NCBI GenBank assembly: GCA_964658305.1
Contig: OZ210885.1
Location: forward strand, 3,968,001 to 4,032,000
Direction: 5' to 3'
Length of the DNA: 64,000 nt
Source: Leptogorgia sarmentosa
Taxonomy: Eukaryota
A program made the position numbers and the translations under genes. This document shows, one piece after another, positions 61,050 through 64,000 of the stretch; position 1 is the stretch's first letter; the number at the start of each line of letters is the position of its first letter. The notes beneath the pieces are model-generated. The model saw only the letters and a program-made list of their open reading frames with translations, searched no databases and had not been told where the DNA came from.

Positions 61050-62360
61050 CAGGCAGAATGTGGAACTTGCGGGGCTTCAAATAGCGTCCAAACGCTTATG
61101 CCTTCACGAAGTTTTGACCTGCACACAAGGGGTGCAATTTTACTTCTCTTGCATCACATGTGATGTCCAACGCGAAGAGCGTGCGAACCTCCGAGAGAGA
61201 AGTACTGCAGAGCTACCCTGGCATCGCGTTTTTCATCGTGTATAAGGACTGCAAGACGTGTACCAGTGACATTCTCTTCTCTGCCCTACACAATGAAGAT
61301 TTGGAGCCAGATATTACACCTATCCGAGTTCGCTGGAACGAAATGGAGAAGGCTGCCAAACAACTATTTAACATTGTCAAAGATCACCGGAATGCAACCA
61401 TTCAGGAGATGTTGGACCAGTGAAATGCATACTGTTACTGGAACGTGCATGATCCCTCATCCGGTAGCCTGTTGCCTGATTGTGGTGAATACGCATGACT
61501 TTGGCCCCCAAATAAACACGGCTGCTGGGAAGATCCAGTCAGGTCTGCTCTTTCACATGCCTGCAACTCTCTCTCTCTCTTCAACCCTCCACCTCAACGT
61601 TTCCTCCAACAACGACGTCAGCAAAACCATTCACAAAATACACAAAGTTATGAAAATCTGTAACCACAGTCAGTGCATATAATGGACGTGACGAGCTACC
61701 TTCACCGACTAATGGCCAACAAGCAGTTGCGCAATAAAATTTTACAGCATTTTAACGCCATCCACAAGTTCCTTTCCCACCCTGCATGTCAGATCATTCC
61801 ACAAGTAGAATTGGACTTGGACCTGATTGAAGTGCTCAACGGCTACTCTCCATCAAATCGAGATCGTTCATTCCATGTCCGATTCCCACCTCAATGCTTG
61901 GCAAAGTCTCCCCAAGAAGCTTCGTCCCCTACGACCACACCACTCCTCCACAGCCAGAGTATTTCCGCAAAGGAATCTTCAATTCATTCGAAGACGAAGC
62001 TGTATGAGTGAAATTCCTCAACAAGTTCTACCAATGTCTGCTAGCTTACAACATGCCACATAAAGTCAAAAGGTAGGTTGTTGCACGCCCCAAAGACTCG
62101 GAAAAGACGTCATGGTGCAACATCTTCTACCGCCTCATCCCCAAAAATGCCATCGCCTCCATTACCAAGGAACGACAGTTTTCTGCAGCAATGATCAACA
62201 ACCAAACCCAACTGGTCATCATGGACGAATGGTCGGCGACGAGAATGGACTCGGACCTTGCCAAATGCATCCTGCAAGGAGGTTGGATGGTCAGCGCGGT
62301 CAAGTACGACCTTCCACGGACTGTCATGAACAATAGTCCCTACTACATCACCATCAATCA
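61050..62360 (+). pseudogene. SF3 helicase, copy 2 (diverged paralogue, heavily frameshifted)
   Basis: FLSHPACQIIPQVELDLDLIEV; VVARPKDSEKTSW; VIMDEWS..LAKCILQGGWMVSAVK..SPYYIT.N. Confidence 0.85.
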
Positions 62361-62537
62361 CTCCTCACTCTCCATCACCATCATCATTCGCGTTTCAAAA
62401 AAATGTTTTTTAAGAATTTTTATGACCCCCCGTCACCACCACCGCCTCCGGAAATCCTGGTGCCGGACTGGGACCCAGACACTGATGATGATCAATCGCA
62501 GTTAATGCCAAATGTGTGTGTCTGTAATTCTTCCCAG

Positions 62538-62790
62538 TCAATTCAACCAGGAGTTATATGAACACTAACTTTAAACTAACCCAAAGTTATATCAACGCTA
62601 ACTTTAAACTAACCCCAACCCGGCACGTAAATCTGACCTTAACCAAGCCTTGCTAACACTGTTGAAATTGTTTTAAATCTGTTGTGATTCAATTCAACCA
62701 GAAGTTATATCAATGCTAACTTTAAACTAACCCCAACCCAGCACGTAAATCTGCCCTAACCAAGCCTTGCTAACACTCTTGAAATTGTTG
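62538..62790. repeat. Duplicated spacer repeat between helicase and YR
   Basis: CTTTAAACTAACCCCAACCC(G/A)GCACGTAAATCTG occurs twice; the same motif is present in both orientations at 54581-54652. Confidence 0.8.
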
Positions 62791-62946
62791 TACATTTTTT
62801 CTAACATTCTTACAATTTTTTAACACTTTCTTGCAATCTTTTGCAAAAATTTACTCAGAAAAGACTTTCGCCCTAATATTACTATACTTTAAAGGACAGT
62901 TAGAGCACAACTGCAAATACGGGCTACTTGCATGCGTAGCCCGTGA

Positions 62947-64000
62947 TTAGCAGCTGTAGCCCGAGCGTAGCCTTAGCACTTCACAGGATCTTTTCTTCTG
63001 ATAATGTACCCGGGCAACGTTAGAGCTATGCTTTTGGTCTTCAGATATCCACTGCTGTTCGTTTGGCAGGAGAACGTGCACACTTTCTGTTTCGATAATC
63101 TGTATGTACCTAGTTGGATGAATGTATTTTCCTATTGCTTCAAACACCAATACACTCAAAAGATTAGAAAGTTTTTGGAACTGTTTACCGTTTCGATTCA
63201 CTAACACATAGTCGCAAGTGGGTGTAAGAAGGGGCCTTAAATACGCTATATACTTTTCCAGTAACTGGATCCTGCATTCGTCAAAGTAAACACTGTCAAA
63301 CCCATACGTTTTAGCCGTCTTGAACACTTTTTGATCCACTATTCCTTCGTTTCTTTTCGCACATTCAAACATTCGCAAGGTCAGATGTTGGTAGGTCATT
63401 GGGCGGCAACCTTTCACTTTGAGGAACATGTAAGCTGCAACGAATCTGGTGGCAAATTTCACGTCCCCTGTTTTGACTGTAGAAGGTGATATCATACAAT
63501 TTTCTAATACAGATTTATAACAGTCCTCATGAAATGGAATGACAGATTGTACTTCGGAAAGAGTTGCCCAACTTCTACAGGATGCAAAGTTTTGAAGCAC
63601 TGTTGCAGGGGGACGATTGAATCTGCAAAAACCTAGTAAATCAGAAATACTTGTGACATACCCAATTTGTCCTGATTCTCCAATACACCACTTCTCTTTG
63701 AGAGCGTCCACAAACTTTGTTAATAGTTGTGGAGACCCTAAGGCGTAATCGATGAGATTAGGTGCATTGAGCATGTCTTCTTCGCCCTCGCCATTCTCGT
63801 TACAACAAAACTTTATGAACTTTAATGCTCGCTTAACTGAAACATCCGATTGTGTGGAAGATTTGCCGCCGCCACAGCTGCTTTGAAGCCATTTTGAAAA
63901 CGATCTAGCAAAGTCATTATCTGTAGAACAGCCCGGGACTGCTTTACCACATCTTCGCTGCCTTTCGGTGATTGCAAGCGACGAAAGGCACACTTCGGAA
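62947..64000 (-). CDS. Tyrosine recombinase, copy 2 (5' end beyond the window; in-frame internal deletion relative to copy 1)
   Basis: KGCRPMTY (R), VFKTAKTYG (K), IHPTRY (HxxR), DQKHSSNVARVHY (H...Y): a full YR catalytic set. Confidence 0.88.
   Translation of the reverse strand, partial: SEVCLSSLAITERQRRCGKAVPGCSTDNDFARSFSKWLQSSCGGGKSSTQSDVSVKRALKFIKFCCNENGEGEEDMLNAPNLIDYALGSPQLLTKFVDALKEKWCIGESGQIGYVTSISDLLGFCRFNRPPATVLQNFASCRSWATLSEVQSVIPFHEDCYKSVLENCMISPSTVKTGDVKFATRFVAAYMFLKVKGCRPMTYQHLTLRMFECAKRNEGIVDQKVFKTAKTYGFDSVYFDECRIQLLEKYIAYLRPLLTPTCDYVLVNRNGKQFQKLSNLLSVLVFEAIGKYIHPTRYIQIIETESVHVLLPNEQQWISEDQKHSSNVARVHYQKKRSCEVLRLRSGYSC

Overview
Eukaryotic, AT-rich genomic DNA. The element families present suggest a marine invertebrate, probably a cnidarian or coral; that is an inference. 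The window is almost entirely nested, mostly decayed mobile elements, and I can support no host gene. Contents: DIRS1 and Ngaro tyrosine-recombinase (YR) retrotransposons (one nearly full length), five hAT pieces, a Tc1 with IR/DR ends, Kolobok and DUF6589-type fragments, L2/CR1-group, Tx1 and Penelope retroelements, several MITEs and hairpin-ended Crypton-like inserts, and remnants of at least two Polinton/Maverick elements. The Polinton remnants include pPolB with spliceosomal introns, integrase, capsid, protease, a Maelstrom-like nuclease and one intact terminus. Most notable: (1) an SF3 helicase gene facing a C2H2-finger YR gene, seen twice (52.6-57.7 kb and 61-64 kb), which fits no standard animal transposon class I recognise; (2) a complete type III hammerhead ribozyme in a retrozyme-like repeat beside a Penelope element; (3) a strong same-strand bias of the insertions, as in a unistrand piRNA cluster; (4) a 9-bp-TSD TIR element carrying two spliced, convergent unknown genes. 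All family assignments come from manual motif recognition, not database searches. Boundaries of decayed fragments are approximate.
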